Source: a virus (lineage: Duplodnaviria > Caudoviricetes). Taken from it: 52,184 nt of DNA. Positions 34,184 through 44,355 of the stretch are shown piece after piece. The notes below the pieces were generated by a model. That model searched no databases, had not been told where the DNA came from, and was given only the letters and a program-made list of their open reading frames with translations. Position 1 is the stretch's first letter. Each line of letters opens with the position of its first letter. A program made the position numbers and the translations under genes. The stretch is taken from positions 1 through 52,184 of the IMG/VR virus record IMGVR_UViG_3300036852_000533; one strand, given 5' to 3'.

Positions 34184-34888
34184 TCAGTAACCTCCCATGC
34201 TGCGACCTTGCGGCCTCGCTGGAAGCCGGCTCGTATCAACCGCCGGCAAGCCGGAGAATCCGGAGCCGTAATTGTTGTACCGGCTGGTGTAAAACGCATC
34301 GCTGGGCGACCATGCGTTTGTGTACCGGCTGTAATCGTTAAGACTGAAAGTTGAGGGATCAACACCATAAACTCCGCCATCATCTCCGGTGAATCCTCCC
34401 CCGCTTCCCCCCACACCACCCAGCAATCGGTTGAGCAATTCCTTCTGTGTGTTCCATTGTTCTCGGTCGAAGCCGAGCGTCTGGCCAAATTCCGAACCGC
34501 GTTCCGCCCGGTCTGCGGCGGATTCCTGCTGGCTGATGTCCTGCCCGCGATAGCTCGTCATCGGGCCACTCACGCCGCCTATCAAGGCGAGCAACCCTTC
34601 CAAGCCCTGCCGCTTGCGCTGTTCCGCCTTCTGGCCGTACAGGTCATATCCCCGGTTGCGGACGAACTCGCTGCCGGGCATCCCGCTACCGACGCCGAAA
34701 TAGGCGTTCTCCGTGCGGGTCGCATCGGCGGAAGGCAGACCGTTCAAAAGCTGGCCGACATTGCTGCTGGCCGAACTTGTCAGATCGGCAAAGCCGGGAA
34801 TCAGTTGGGAGAAGTCCGCTCCAAGATTGCCCGCGCTGCCCAGACCGGGAATCGCGGGACTCAGGTTGACACCTTTGAGTTTCGCCAT
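34184..34888 (-). CDS. Putative ejection/pilot protein
   Basis: Gly/Ser-rich with an RGQDI motif; position after tail genes. Confidence 0.55.
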   Translation of the reverse strand: MAKLKGVNLSPAIPGLGSAGNLGADFSQLIPGFADLTSSASSNVGQLLNGLPSADATRTENAYFGVGSGMPGSEFVRNRGYDLYGQKAEQRKRQGLEGLLALIGGVSGPMTSYRGQDISQQESAADRAERGSEFGQTLGFDREQWNTQKELLNRLLGGVGGSGGGFTGDDGGVYGVDPSTFSLNDYSRYTNAWSPSDAFYTSRYNNYGSGFSGLPAVDTSRLPARPQGRSMGGY

Positions 34889-34891
34889 AAA

Positions 34892-35911
34892 TCAAATCGG
34901 GTTTCCGATGCGCCCCCCCATCACACAATCCACCAGCACGGGCGTCTGCTGAGTGGGCAGCTTGTCGCGTAACTGGAAGTTCAGTTCGCGCACGGCCTTG
35001 AGCCATTTGATTTCCGCCGCATCATCCTGATTCGCGTTCTCGAAACGAATCGCCTGCATCCCGAACTTCAACGCCGACCAGTTGTCCAGCAGCAGAAAAT
35101 CATTCTCGTTTCGCAGCGGCAGAAATTCCAGCTTCACCAGCGCGTCGAGATAAAACCGTTTCACTCCGTTGCTGTCCCGGCAATCGTCCGGCAGACAGAA
35201 GTTAAGCAACCGCGAGCGGCGGCGCCGCGGGTTCGTCTCGTTCGGCTCGAACACTGCCAGATCGTGCAGCAAATCGGTGGTCGCGTCATATTCATAGAGA
35301 TACGCCATGCCCTGAGTGGCTTCCCGAATGATGCTGGTGATTTCCGTCACCCGGATGGATGTGGACACAAATGGCGCGGCGGCGGTCAAAGTCAGACCAT
35401 CGCGCCACTGGCCATTCACCTTTTCCTGCAAGGGCTGCCCGCCAAACTGTTTGCCGTAAAGCGTGATGGTCTTGCCCACGTCGTTGCGCTTGACGACGTA
35501 GTAACGGATGAGCTTGCCTTCGCTGCCGGTGATGTCGTTGTGAGCCGGCCCGGGATTCGCGTCCTCCGCCACCAGTTCGGACCCGAACGAGAAATTTCCA
35601 TTGGGACCGTAACGATAACCCGCCTCATGCACTCCCATGATTTGATACCACTTGTTCTGCATCCAAGCTTGTCCAGTGCGGCAGGACCGCAGGCCCAATA
35701 CGGTGCCCACGCAGCGCGGCCAGGTGATGTAACAGCCCGTGAGACAGAAGCGAACCAGTTGCTCGGTGTCGTACCAACCTCCCCGGCGCAGGAGCCGTTC
35801 CTGAACCTCGTTGAGCAGCCCGACAAACTGGGCCGAGTCCGCGCACACCCCGGCCACGTCTTGCAGCGAACCGTTGACGCGGGCTTCGGCGAGTGTAAAT
35901 CGGTACGACAC
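34892..35911 (-). CDS. Putative tail adaptor / tubular protein A-like
   Basis: FVGLLNEVQERLL..GGW N-terminus and helical C-terminus; synteny. Confidence 0.55.
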   Translation of the reverse strand: MSYRFTLAEARVNGSLQDVAGVCADSAQFVGLLNEVQERLLRRGGWYDTEQLVRFCLTGCYITWPRCVGTVLGLRSCRTGQAWMQNKWYQIMGVHEAGYRYGPNGNFSFGSELVAEDANPGPAHNDITGSEGKLIRYYVVKRNDVGKTITLYGKQFGGQPLQEKVNGQWRDGLTLTAAAPFVSTSIRVTEITSIIREATQGMAYLYEYDATTDLLHDLAVFEPNETNPRRRRSRLLNFCLPDDCRDSNGVKRFYLDALVKLEFLPLRNENDFLLLDNWSALKFGMQAIRFENANQDDAAEIKWLKAVRELNFQLRDKLPTQQTPVLVDCVMGGRIGNPI

Positions 35912-35955
35912 GACAGTTGTTTCAGTCCAGTTAGCGTTAAAGTCAATTCATTTCC

Positions 35956-37263
35956 TCATGTGAGAACGTGGATGCCGGTGTCGAACACGAAATAAACCCG
36001 GCTGTTGGCCGTGCAATACGCCGCCATGTTGGAGTTCAATCCGTTCGGCATTGCGATGGTCGTTTCCAATGTTGCCGGGTTGGTGGGGGTGTACACCTTG
36101 ACCGCCCGAGGGTTGTTGGAAGCGATACCGAGATACCATCGGGACCGGCAAAGATGATCAGCCGCTCCGATCAAATTTTCCGGCACACCCAAGCCAATGC
36201 TGCCCACCACCGTATCGGTCAACGGATTGATGATGTGGGCGGTGTTGGCATTTCCCCGATGATTGGACACCAACAATCCGGCGATGGCTGAATAAAAGGT
36301 AAAACTAACCCCCTGGGTGAAATCCAGTACCGGAATAGTCACCGAGCCGCTCGCAGTAAGACTGGCGGGATTGATGACCTGCATGTTGCTGAAACTGGTG
36401 GCCAGATAAATCCGGTCGCTGTTGGATGCGTAAGCCAAAAAGCCATCGGTGGCCGTGCCTGAATTGTAAATGGTGCCGTCAAAAGTTCCGCTGGCGCAGT
36501 TAAACGCGCACACATGTCCGCTGCCAGGGATGGCGTCAGAAATGTAAAGCCGGTCCCGCAGCGCATCATAAGCCAGTCCAAACCAGACCTTTTCCTCCGG
36601 GAAGTTTATCGTGCTGACCGCCAGGGTTGCTGGATCAATGATGTGCAGCAGCGCGGTCGTTCCCTCGCTCACGGCGTAAATCTTGTTCTGGCCGGAACCG
36701 TAGGAGATTTGATTGATACCTTCCTGCCCGGCGAAAACCAATGTGTTGACGACCGTGTTGGTCGCGCAATCCACGACAAACAGGCTTGGATTGGTCGTCA
36801 TGCGCTGACCGACAAACATGCGATTGTCCTGTGGCGCGTAGGCTATGCCAAACAGGGCGGCGCCACCCGTGGCAATGACGGTTTCAATCGCGGGGGTGCC
36901 GGAACAATCTCCGCAGTGCAGGGCGCCATCCATCAAGACACTGTTCACAAATTCATCCAGCGCTGCCTGCGCCAGCGCGTTCGCCGCCGCCTTGGTTGCC
37001 GCCCGGAATGTGTTTGCCGCTCCGATCAGGCAATTCAATTCCGCATCGAGGGTGATCCACCCGGGCAACGTGCCGTCAAAATTGAGGCTCTGTTCATCGC
37101 CGCAGTCCACACAGAACTGCACCGGGTCGTTTCCGAAACGCGCGGGAGGTTCGGGTGGAAGTGCGGGCGGCAATGGCGCGGGCGGCAAGCCTTGAAGATT
37201 GTAACTTCTGAGATCGTCCGGCGGGACGCAGATCAATGTGTTGCAACGGCGGCAAGCACTCAT
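35956..37263 (-). CDS. Tail-associated protein with a YVTN/YncE-like beta-propeller
   Basis: Repeated IAY....RxY......VID..T.TVV.TI blades; start reassigned to 37263. Confidence 0.7.
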   Translation of the reverse strand: MSACRRCNTLICVPPDDLRSYNLQGLPPAPLPPALPPEPPARFGNDPVQFCVDCGDEQSLNFDGTLPGWITLDAELNCLIGAANTFRAATKAAANALAQAALDEFVNSVLMDGALHCGDCSGTPAIETVIATGGAALFGIAYAPQDNRMFVGQRMTTNPSLFVVDCATNTVVNTLVFAGQEGINQISYGSGQNKIYAVSEGTTALLHIIDPATLAVSTINFPEEKVWFGLAYDALRDRLYISDAIPGSGHVCAFNCASGTFDGTIYNSGTATDGFLAYASNSDRIYLATSFSNMQVINPASLTASGSVTIPVLDFTQGVSFTFYSAIAGLLVSNHRGNANTAHIINPLTDTVVGSIGLGVPENLIGAADHLCRSRWYLGIASNNPRAVKVYTPTNPATLETTIAMPNGLNSNMAAYCTANSRVYFVFDTGIHVLT

Positions 37264-37265
37264 AA

Positions 37266-40200
37266 TCAAGCTGGAATGATTTCCACCAAAATGTCGCACT
37301 GCCCGATGGCCGCAAAAGTATCATCAATGAATTGAAAAAAAGCTGGTGAAGAAATTTGCAGGCCGATGACCTCCCCGGCCAGATACGGCCCGATTACCAC
37401 GACCGCTGTGGAACCAATCGTATCACCGCTGAAAAAGGCGGAGGTGCCTGCGCCATAAACCGGCGGATCGGCGCTGGGCTGGCTGGTTACAGAAATTCCT
37501 TCCCCGGTGGCCCCGGGCACTTCGGCGGTCAAGGTGGCTGTGACGCGCACGCGATAATCCGCATCACAGTCGTAGCAGACATCTTCATTGGTGCGAAACA
37601 CGGCATAGTTGAGGATTCCCACCCCATCCTCAGTGTATTCACTGGTGACGTTGTAATGGCCGTTGGCTCCAGCCATCGCCGTGTCGAACGTGACGAGATA
37701 GCCTTCCGTCTCACCGCTGTATTCAAAATTGGTCGTGGTATTCCACGTCATGTCCCCGATGGGCGTCTCGGTGCAATCCGGCGCGCAGACCAGATCACCC
37801 GCGATCACGGCGACGACGACGAATTCATTCAAGGCGATTTGCGCCAGTGCCGTCGCCAATTCCTGAGTGCTGGCATGATGGCTGTTGGCGGCACCGACGA
37901 GACAGTTCAACCCGGTGTCGAGCGTAATCCAACCCGGAAGCGTGCCCGAGTAGGTCAGCGTGTTTCCTTCCTCGCACTCCACGCAGTAGGTCACGGCGGC
38001 ATTGCCAAACTGAGGAGCGGGTCCGGCTTCATCCGGCAACGGCAGATCCTCACAGACCGGCGCGCAAACCGGCGGGGCGAATTGCAGGACCGGCTCGGGA
38101 CTGGCGGCAATCCGCGCGCCCATGAACCGGCAATGGCCGGTGAACTCGAAGCGCAACTGGAAGAAATGACCCGTGCGCAGGGGGCGGTTGTTGCCGCTCT
38201 CACACGGAATCGAGGATGGCTCGCCCAACCCCAGCCGCGTGAGATAGCCAGGTTGTGCGTTCGTCGGCACAGTGTCGGCGCATACATCGAACTCGCGCCA
38301 GTCCACCCAGCAGGGATAAAAGTCGGGGCGATATTGCACCTTCACATGCACGGTGCCCACCATGTCCTGCACCATGAATTCTCCATCCATCAGCCGCGCC
38401 AGTTCCGTCGGTGGCTTGGCCTGCGGGCCGAACACCAGTGGCGTCTCAAAACCCCACTTGATGCGCGTGCTGCCATTGTCGAATTTTTGAGGGCTGGACG
38501 AGGGCAGCAGTTCGTAAAGTTCCAGCCGGTTGGTGTCCAGATTGAACGTGATGGCGAATCCGCGGCTGGTGCCGTCAAACAGGCCCGACACATTTTGCAG
38601 GATGTTGAGTCCCGTCCACAGTCCATCATAAGCCGGCGGAGCTTTGCCGCGCAGATTGGAGAGCAGGTCGAAATTGAGGGCGACCACGCCTTGATGAAAC
38701 ACGCCCTGTCCTGACACGGCAGGAGCGGCACTGGCAAGCAGGCGGTTGTCGAACACGACTGAGCTTCCGTAAGAAAGCAGTGAACGATTGTCGTTCTGAA
38801 ACACCCGCGCCATCTCGCGGCTGATAGGGGTATTGCCCCACTCGCCGAAATCGCGCCGGGCAATCACGAGCGATCCCAAACCCTCAATCGAACGGAAAAT
38901 CGTGTCGCTGTTGGCCAGTACGGTCGAGTTTTGCGCCAATGGTCCGAAGCCGATGAGCGCGGCGGTCAGAATCGGCCCGTTGATGTTGGGCAGGCTTGAA
39001 AAATCCACCGGGGCGAGACAGGAATACATTCCCTGATCGGTGCCGATGATGAGCGCGCCCTGGCCCAGCGACACATCGAGCGTCGCCGTGAAATTCATGG
39101 ACGAAATGATCGTGCCGCTGGTGGGGATGCGGAAATTTCCGCCCCGGAAAGTCAGTTCGGTGTATTTCAACACCGCATCGCGGTACTGATTGGCCGGCGT
39201 GCCCGAGGCTCCACCCACCGGGTCGCTGACGATGAAACTTAAACCATCGGTCAGACACATCCAGTTTTGCCCCAGCCCATACGCGCCCATGCGCCCGGCG
39301 GGAAGTTCGGGCACGGAAAGAATATCCTGCGGCAATGGCGTTACAGCCACAACAGAAACATCGGTGAGGTTTATTAGATAGAGCGTGGTGCTTGGAGCGG
39401 GTGGTGTGGCGTAGGAAACGGAGTACTGGTCCAATCCAATCCATGCTGTTTGGTTGTTTGGCCCCGAATACTCCAAGTCAATCGTCACGTTAACCATGCC
39501 ATTGGTGGCTGGATTGATAAAACTGGCCGTGATATTTCCCAACAACACATTGGGCGAAGTCACATTGGCTCTTTGAATCAAAACAGGCGCTGGGACAAAA
39601 TAAAGCGTGGATGGCAATGGCGACACAACATAAGTCACAATGGCTGCGTGGCCATTGGGTGCAGGCGGCCCAATGGAATAAACCCGGCAGATCCTCCCGT
39701 CTATCAGAAGGTCCAAGCCAATCGAATAATCGCCGGGGCGACGGCTCACGAATTCAAACGCCCAACCTGTCGGATTTTCGGCGCTGGCAGTGGTTGGAAA
39801 GAAGGGGCGGCTTATATCGTCACGCTCCATATAATCAGATCGAATCATCAAGGAACTGCCGCTTGGAACCGTCGCACCAACTGTAGCGTGCGCGTTGGTG
39901 AGAATAATCGAATAGGATGGTGTCGGTGAAGAACTTTGCACCGGCTGATAGTACGCATTGTTGAACAGCACGGGCACGTTGAACGGACCGGCGTAGGCAG
40001 CCGCCGTCGTCACGGTCATTATTTCTCCAATCGCAGGAGGAATTCCAGTGGCGGGGTCCACTATCGCGGTGACGCTGGCAAGCACCGTGGAAGGCCCATA
40101 ACTTCTTCGCGCGGAAACTCCATCGTAAAAAATCGGCAGCTTCGCCGTGCCATCCGTGATGATGAGCCATTTTTCCGCCTGCCACATCCAGACCTGATTG

Positions 40201-40571
40201 GTGGTCGCGTCGTTCGGATCGCCCGGAATCGTGACTTCGCTGGCGGTGCAGGTGCCGCCGACGATGACAAAACGAAAGAGCCGCCCGGAGATTTGTGCCA
40301 GCACGGAGGATGGCCCGAAGTCTGGCCGGTAGAAACCCGCGCCTTGAAAGAAGCCCGTCTCAATCGCGGTCTGCAACACCGTGTCGCCGTTGTAATTGAT
40401 GGGACACTTCTGTACCGGAGGACGCGGTTGGATGAAACCGCCACGCATCGTGGCATTGAACGCGAAGGCGAGTTGGTTTTTGGCGAGGAGGATTGGCTCC
40501 ACGCCCGAATTCATGCCCGCGTCAAACGCACCGAGCAGGTCGTAGAAAATCTTTGGAGCAATGGCAGCCAC
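37266..40571 (-). CDS. Putative tail nozzle / tubular protein B-like
   Basis: 1101 aa beta-rich; N-terminal F..GMNS..P....NQL..A.N...RGG; NTPISREM; FFQLRFEFTG near the end of the core. Confidence 0.65.
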   Translation of the reverse strand: MAAIAPKIFYDLLGAFDAGMNSGVEPILLAKNQLAFAFNATMRGGFIQPRPPVQKCPINYNGDTVLQTAIETGFFQGAGFYRPDFGPSSVLAQISGRLFRFVIVGGTCTASEVTIPGDPNDATTNQVWMWQAEKWLIITDGTAKLPIFYDGVSARRSYGPSTVLASVTAIVDPATGIPPAIGEIMTVTTAAAYAGPFNVPVLFNNAYYQPVQSSSPTPSYSIILTNAHATVGATVPSGSSLMIRSDYMERDDISRPFFPTTASAENPTGWAFEFVSRRPGDYSIGLDLLIDGRICRVYSIGPPAPNGHAAIVTYVVSPLPSTLYFVPAPVLIQRANVTSPNVLLGNITASFINPATNGMVNVTIDLEYSGPNNQTAWIGLDQYSVSYATPPAPSTTLYLINLTDVSVVAVTPLPQDILSVPELPAGRMGAYGLGQNWMCLTDGLSFIVSDPVGGASGTPANQYRDAVLKYTELTFRGGNFRIPTSGTIISSMNFTATLDVSLGQGALIIGTDQGMYSCLAPVDFSSLPNINGPILTAALIGFGPLAQNSTVLANSDTIFRSIEGLGSLVIARRDFGEWGNTPISREMARVFQNDNRSLLSYGSSVVFDNRLLASAAPAVSGQGVFHQGVVALNFDLLSNLRGKAPPAYDGLWTGLNILQNVSGLFDGTSRGFAITFNLDTNRLELYELLPSSSPQKFDNGSTRIKWGFETPLVFGPQAKPPTELARLMDGEFMVQDMVGTVHVKVQYRPDFYPCWVDWREFDVCADTVPTNAQPGYLTRLGLGEPSSIPCESGNNRPLRTGHFFQLRFEFTGHCRFMGARIAASPEPVLQFAPPVCAPVCEDLPLPDEAGPAPQFGNAAVTYCVECEEGNTLTYSGTLPGWITLDTGLNCLVGAANSHHASTQELATALAQIALNEFVVVAVIAGDLVCAPDCTETPIGDMTWNTTTNFEYSGETEGYLVTFDTAMAGANGHYNVTSEYTEDGVGILNYAVFRTNEDVCYDCDADYRVRVTATLTAEVPGATGEGISVTSQPSADPPVYGAGTSAFFSGDTIGSTAVVVIGPYLAGEVIGLQISSPAFFQFIDDTFAAIGQCDILVEIIPA

Positions 40572-40572
40572 A

Positions 40573-41439
40573 TCATGTCAGCGCGATTATCAAATCTTTC
40601 ACATGATCGGCCAGCGAGGCAATGGCGTTGGCCTCGTCCATGTTTTGCACGCGAATCAGCAACACGCCGTCACCGGCGCTGAACACCGTTCCGCCCGCCG
40701 CCACTTCCACCGACAGCGTGTCCGTGGCCGAGCCGGTGTTGGCCGCAGTCACGGCGGTGCCGGCGGTCAGTTCGCCCAGCGTATCCGTGCCGGCCAGCGT
40801 GATGGTGACAACACCTCCTGTGACATTGGTGGTGCCGATTTCCAGATTCAGCACCTGACTGGCGGCGGCGCCAGCGCCAATGGTGGTGGTCACAAAGGAC
40901 ACCGAAAGAATCTTGAAGGCAAACCCGACCACGTAATTGGTCATCAAATCCGCCGCCGCATTGGTCATGGAGGCCAGCGTGATGGGAAAGGACAACGTGA
41001 ACACGCCCGCGCCAGCCGCAATCGTGTCGCTTGCGGTGCCGGTGGAATTGTCGGTGATGGCGGTCGGAAGTCCCGCCGACAAATCCGGCTGCGTGCCCGC
41101 CGGGGATACCTGTGCGCCGGCGGTGATCGTGTTGCCCGAAGCCGTGTTGCCGTCGTAATCGAGGTATTGAAGCACCAACGACCCGCTGCCCGGCTTGGAC
41201 ACGACCGAAAACACGCCCGCGCCCTCGACAAACACATTCTGTCCGACCGAAGCCCAGGTGGAATCTCCAACGAGCACGGTGACATTGGAGCCAATGGCGG
41301 GCACCGTGAAATCCGCCGTCGTCACCGTGAACGCATTTACACCGTCGCTGCCGGCATCGCCTTGGGAACCTTCGACGCCCGGAATTTCCACCACCGCTGG
41401 CGTGGGGCATTTACAGTCACAAGGATTCGCGGCACTCAT
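40573..41439 (-). CDS. Putative fibre/decoration protein
   Basis: Short collagen-like GxxGxxG stretch; Ala/Thr/Gly-rich; start reassigned to 41439. Confidence 0.6.
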   Translation of the reverse strand: MSAANPCDCKCPTPAVVEIPGVEGSQGDAGSDGVNAFTVTTADFTVPAIGSNVTVLVGDSTWASVGQNVFVEGAGVFSVVSKPGSGSLVLQYLDYDGNTASGNTITAGAQVSPAGTQPDLSAGLPTAITDNSTGTASDTIAAGAGVFTLSFPITLASMTNAAADLMTNYVVGFAFKILSVSFVTTTIGAGAAASQVLNLEIGTTNVTGGVVTITLAGTDTLGELTAGTAVTAANTGSATDTLSVEVAAGGTVFSAGDGVLLIRVQNMDEANAIASLADHVKDLIIALT

Positions 41440-41495
41440 AAAATGGAGGTTGAATTGTTCCGGCTCATGGCTCATTACTACCGCAGACACGCAGC

Positions 41496-43289
41496 ATGTC
41501 AACTGTTTCCAAATACGGTCTAAATTTCCCCGAGGGCACGGACGACTCCCAAATCGAGCAAAGCATGATCCGCGAAGGCGGACAGTGGAAAGGTCCCGGC
41601 GGCATCGTTCGCGGGCACGGCCTGTTTTTCCACTACAAACGGATGTTCCGGCTGTTCTGGCCCGAGGATGACGACCACCGATGGGAGGATGCCGAGCTTC
41701 AAGCCATACTCGACAACCAGTTCACGACGTTAATGGGGTCATCGGGGAGCGTTAAAACGACGACCGCCGCAAAATTCATCCTCTGCTTCTGGTCAACATG
41801 GCCGGATGAAACTACAGTACTCGTTTCCTCAACCGATTTGCGCGGTTTGGAACTTCGCGTGTTTGGCCGATTGAAGGAACTGCACGAACGAGCCAAGAAT
41901 CGCTACGATTGGTTTCCGGGCTTCGTGCTGGACTCAAAAAAGGTCATCGCCACGGACAATATCGAGGAAACTCAGGCGCGCGATCTGCGTCAGGGCATCA
42001 TTTGCATCCCGTGTATCTCCCCTGGTGGCAGCTTTGTCGGACTCGGCAAGTACATCGGTATCCACAACACGCGATTGCTGTTCGTGGGTGATGAGTTCCA
42101 ACTCATGCGCGAGTCAATTCTCGACGCCATCCCAAATCTGCTCAACAACCCCATCGCCAAGTTCATTTTTCTCGGCAACCCGCTTGCTCAAAACGACCCG
42201 CTCGACCGGGTGAGCGAACCACGCGAAGGCTGGTCGTCCATCGGTGTGCCGACCAAAACAATCCGCTGGCGCACCAAGTTCATGGATGGCCTCTGTTTGA
42301 ATCTTCCGGGTCTGGACAGCCCGAATTTTGATTTTCCAGAAGACAAACCAGACCGGTTTCCGTACATGGTTGGCCGACGCAAGGCAACACTCGTGGCGGA
42401 AACCTACGGCAAAGACTCGCAACAGTATTGCTCCCAGATTCTCGGGGTGCGTGTCACCGGATTGACCGCGCGCAAGGTCGTAACGCGAGAACTCTGCGAC
42501 CAGTTCCATGCGTTCGACAAACCCATCTGGCGCGGCGATCCCCGGACGAAAATTTACGCCGTGGACGCCGCTTACGGCACCATCGGCGGCGACCGTTGCA
42601 TTGGCGGCTGGATTGAATTCGGAGTGGACACGGACGGCCATCAACTTTTGAACATCGGCCTGTGGAAATTGATTCCGGTATCGGCGCTGTCAAAGATTCC
42701 TCCTGACGACCAGATTGCGGAGTTTGTGAAACAGGATTGCGAGTCGGAAGGCATCGAACCGGAGAACGTGTTTTTCGACGGACGCACTTTGCTGGCAACA
42801 GCCTTTGCCCGCATCTGGTCGGCCAAGGTCAATCCGGTGGACTTTGGCGGACGCACGACCAATCGCCCCGTCTCAAACGACATCCACATCTTTGACGACA
42901 AGACGGGTCACAAGCGGTTGAAACTTTGTGCCGAACACTACTCAAAATTCGTGACTGAACTCTGGTTCTCCGTCCGTTATTGCATTGAAAGCTCGCAGTT
43001 GCGCGGCATGACGGAGGAGGTCCTGAACGACGGGTTCCCGCGCGAGTGGAAAACTGTGCGCGGCAACCTGATTGAGATTGAAACCAAACGGGAGATGAAG
43101 AATCGCACTGGAAAAAGCCCGGACTTGTTCGATCAACTGGCAACTGCCGTGGAAGGAGCGCGACGACGGGGATTTCAGATTGCCAAGCTCGGCGCGGCCC
43201 ACGCCAAATCGAAAGAACCCGACTGGCTGGAAAAACAGCGCAAGGATTACGAGAAGCTGTTAAGTGACCGAAGGCTTCAAGCGGCCTGA
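41496..43289 (+). CDS. terL: Terminase large subunit
   Basis: GSSGSVKT Walker A-like, LFVGDE Walker B, FLGNP coupling motif, AVDAAYG..DR and KSPDLFD RNase H motifs. Confidence 0.85.
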   Translation: MSTVSKYGLNFPEGTDDSQIEQSMIREGGQWKGPGGIVRGHGLFFHYKRMFRLFWPEDDDHRWEDAELQAILDNQFTTLMGSSGSVKTTTAAKFILCFWSTWPDETTVLVSSTDLRGLELRVFGRLKELHERAKNRYDWFPGFVLDSKKVIATDNIEETQARDLRQGIICIPCISPGGSFVGLGKYIGIHNTRLLFVGDEFQLMRESILDAIPNLLNNPIAKFIFLGNPLAQNDPLDRVSEPREGWSSIGVPTKTIRWRTKFMDGLCLNLPGLDSPNFDFPEDKPDRFPYMVGRRKATLVAETYGKDSQQYCSQILGVRVTGLTARKVVTRELCDQFHAFDKPIWRGDPRTKIYAVDAAYGTIGGDRCIGGWIEFGVDTDGHQLLNIGLWKLIPVSALSKIPPDDQIAEFVKQDCESEGIEPENVFFDGRTLLATAFARIWSAKVNPVDFGGRTTNRPVSNDIHIFDDKTGHKRLKLCAEHYSKFVTELWFSVRYCIESSQLRGMTEEVLNDGFPREWKTVRGNLIEIETKREMKNRTGKSPDLFDQLATAVEGARRRGFQIAKLGAAHAKSKEPDWLEKQRKDYEKLLSDRRLQAA

Positions 43290-43472
43290 AATGATTGATT
43301 TCCGCCGTTTCCACCGCTGGCGCGCGATATTCGCCGCATCGGTATAGTTCGACCCGTAACCCGGAGGCCCCTGCGCGTTGCAGGACAGACAAACGACGCG
43401 CACGACGACATGTTCCGAGGTTGAGGTCACATCGCAATTGGTGCTGCCGCAGAATGGGCAGGCGCCGGTCAT
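43260..43472 (-). CDS. Lar-like Zn-ribbon protein
   Basis: CPFCGS...VVCLSCNAQGP...A...WKRR. Confidence 0.65.
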   Translation of the reverse strand: MTGACPFCGSTNCDVTSTSEHVVVRVVCLSCNAQGPPGYGSNYTDAANIARQRWKRRKSIISGRLKPSVT

Positions 43473-43855
43473 TTCCTCCGGTTCTTTCTCCACGCCTTCG
43501 CCAGCGCGGGCAGTGCGGGCGTCGCGAATTGCGCCACGTCCTCGCATATTTGGACGAACTTCGAGTGGTCGAAGCTGAACAGGTAGCTGGCGGTGTCGCC
43601 CACGTAGCCGTCCTGCTCGTAGCGTACTCGAGCGCGTGTCATTGCCATTTCAAACGTCTCATGCAGCAGAATTGAAACGCAATGATCCCAGTGGTTCACC
43701 GAGATGCTTACCTTGATTCGGGCGGGCGATTTGTCGTCGGGCCGCGTGTAGAAGTAACCGCCACGCTCATTGGTAATCGCGTAAAGCTCGACGTTTTCGT
43801 GGCCCAGCGAAAACGTGCCGATGAAGATTTGGCTGTCATGCTTCTTGGGATTCAC
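43469..43855 (-). CDS. Hypothetical protein with an HExxE motif
   Basis: ILLHETFE. Confidence 0.6.
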   Translation of the reverse strand: MNPKKHDSQIFIGTFSLGHENVELYAITNERGGYFYTRPDDKSPARIKVSISVNHWDHCVSILLHETFEMAMTRARVRYEQDGYVGDTASYLFSFDHSKFVQICEDVAQFATPALPALAKAWRKNRRK

Positions 43856-44355
43856 AAAACTTCCTCCGCGATTCGTACGAGCGCGCCCGGTTTGTTGACT
43901 TTGGTTTCAAGTGCGGTCACGGCGATGGCCAAAGCTGACCAAAGATGGGAACTTATCCCGTACAGCGGGCCTTGATTTTTCTTCGTGCCCACGATGCCGA
44001 ATCGGTCAATTATAGCCTGCCGGATGTTCGGGTCTTTGGCTCTCATGTTTCCGCACAGGTGAAGCTTCACGTCGCGCCGAAACACGAGAATCGCGTCTTG
44101 GCCTGTGATGATTTTCCATTGCTGGTAGAATCTTCCAGTCCAAAGGCATGTTTCAAATACTTCCCTGCCAACACTCATGCCGTAACTTGCCACCATTTCA
44201 ATCGCGAGCGCGTTTTTGGTGTCCGAAGGCTCGTTTGAGATGCGTTGTATGATGACTTCGTTCGTGGCGATCATTCGTTCTGTAACGCAAGACCCGCTCC
44301 ACAGTATCAGCGCGCTTTCGGTTGTCCCCGGGTCAATTGCAATGATGGTGTTCAT
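43852..44355 (-). CDS. RuvC-like Holliday junction resolvase
   Basis: IIAIDPGTT..LAIEMV..VKLHLCG..AKD..HLWSALAIA. Confidence 0.8.
   Translation of the reverse strand: MNTIIAIDPGTTESALILWSGSCVTERMIATNEVIIQRISNEPSDTKNALAIEMVASYGMSVGREVFETCLWTGRFYQQWKIITGQDAILVFRRDVKLHLCGNMRAKDPNIRQAIIDRFGIVGTKKNQGPLYGISSHLWSALAIAVTALETKVNKPGALVRIAEEVL

Noticed and set aside
36945-38009. Duplicated tail module as a DGR template/variable repeat pair
   Set aside because: No reverse transcriptase in the genome; both copies are coding and differences are not adenine-specific
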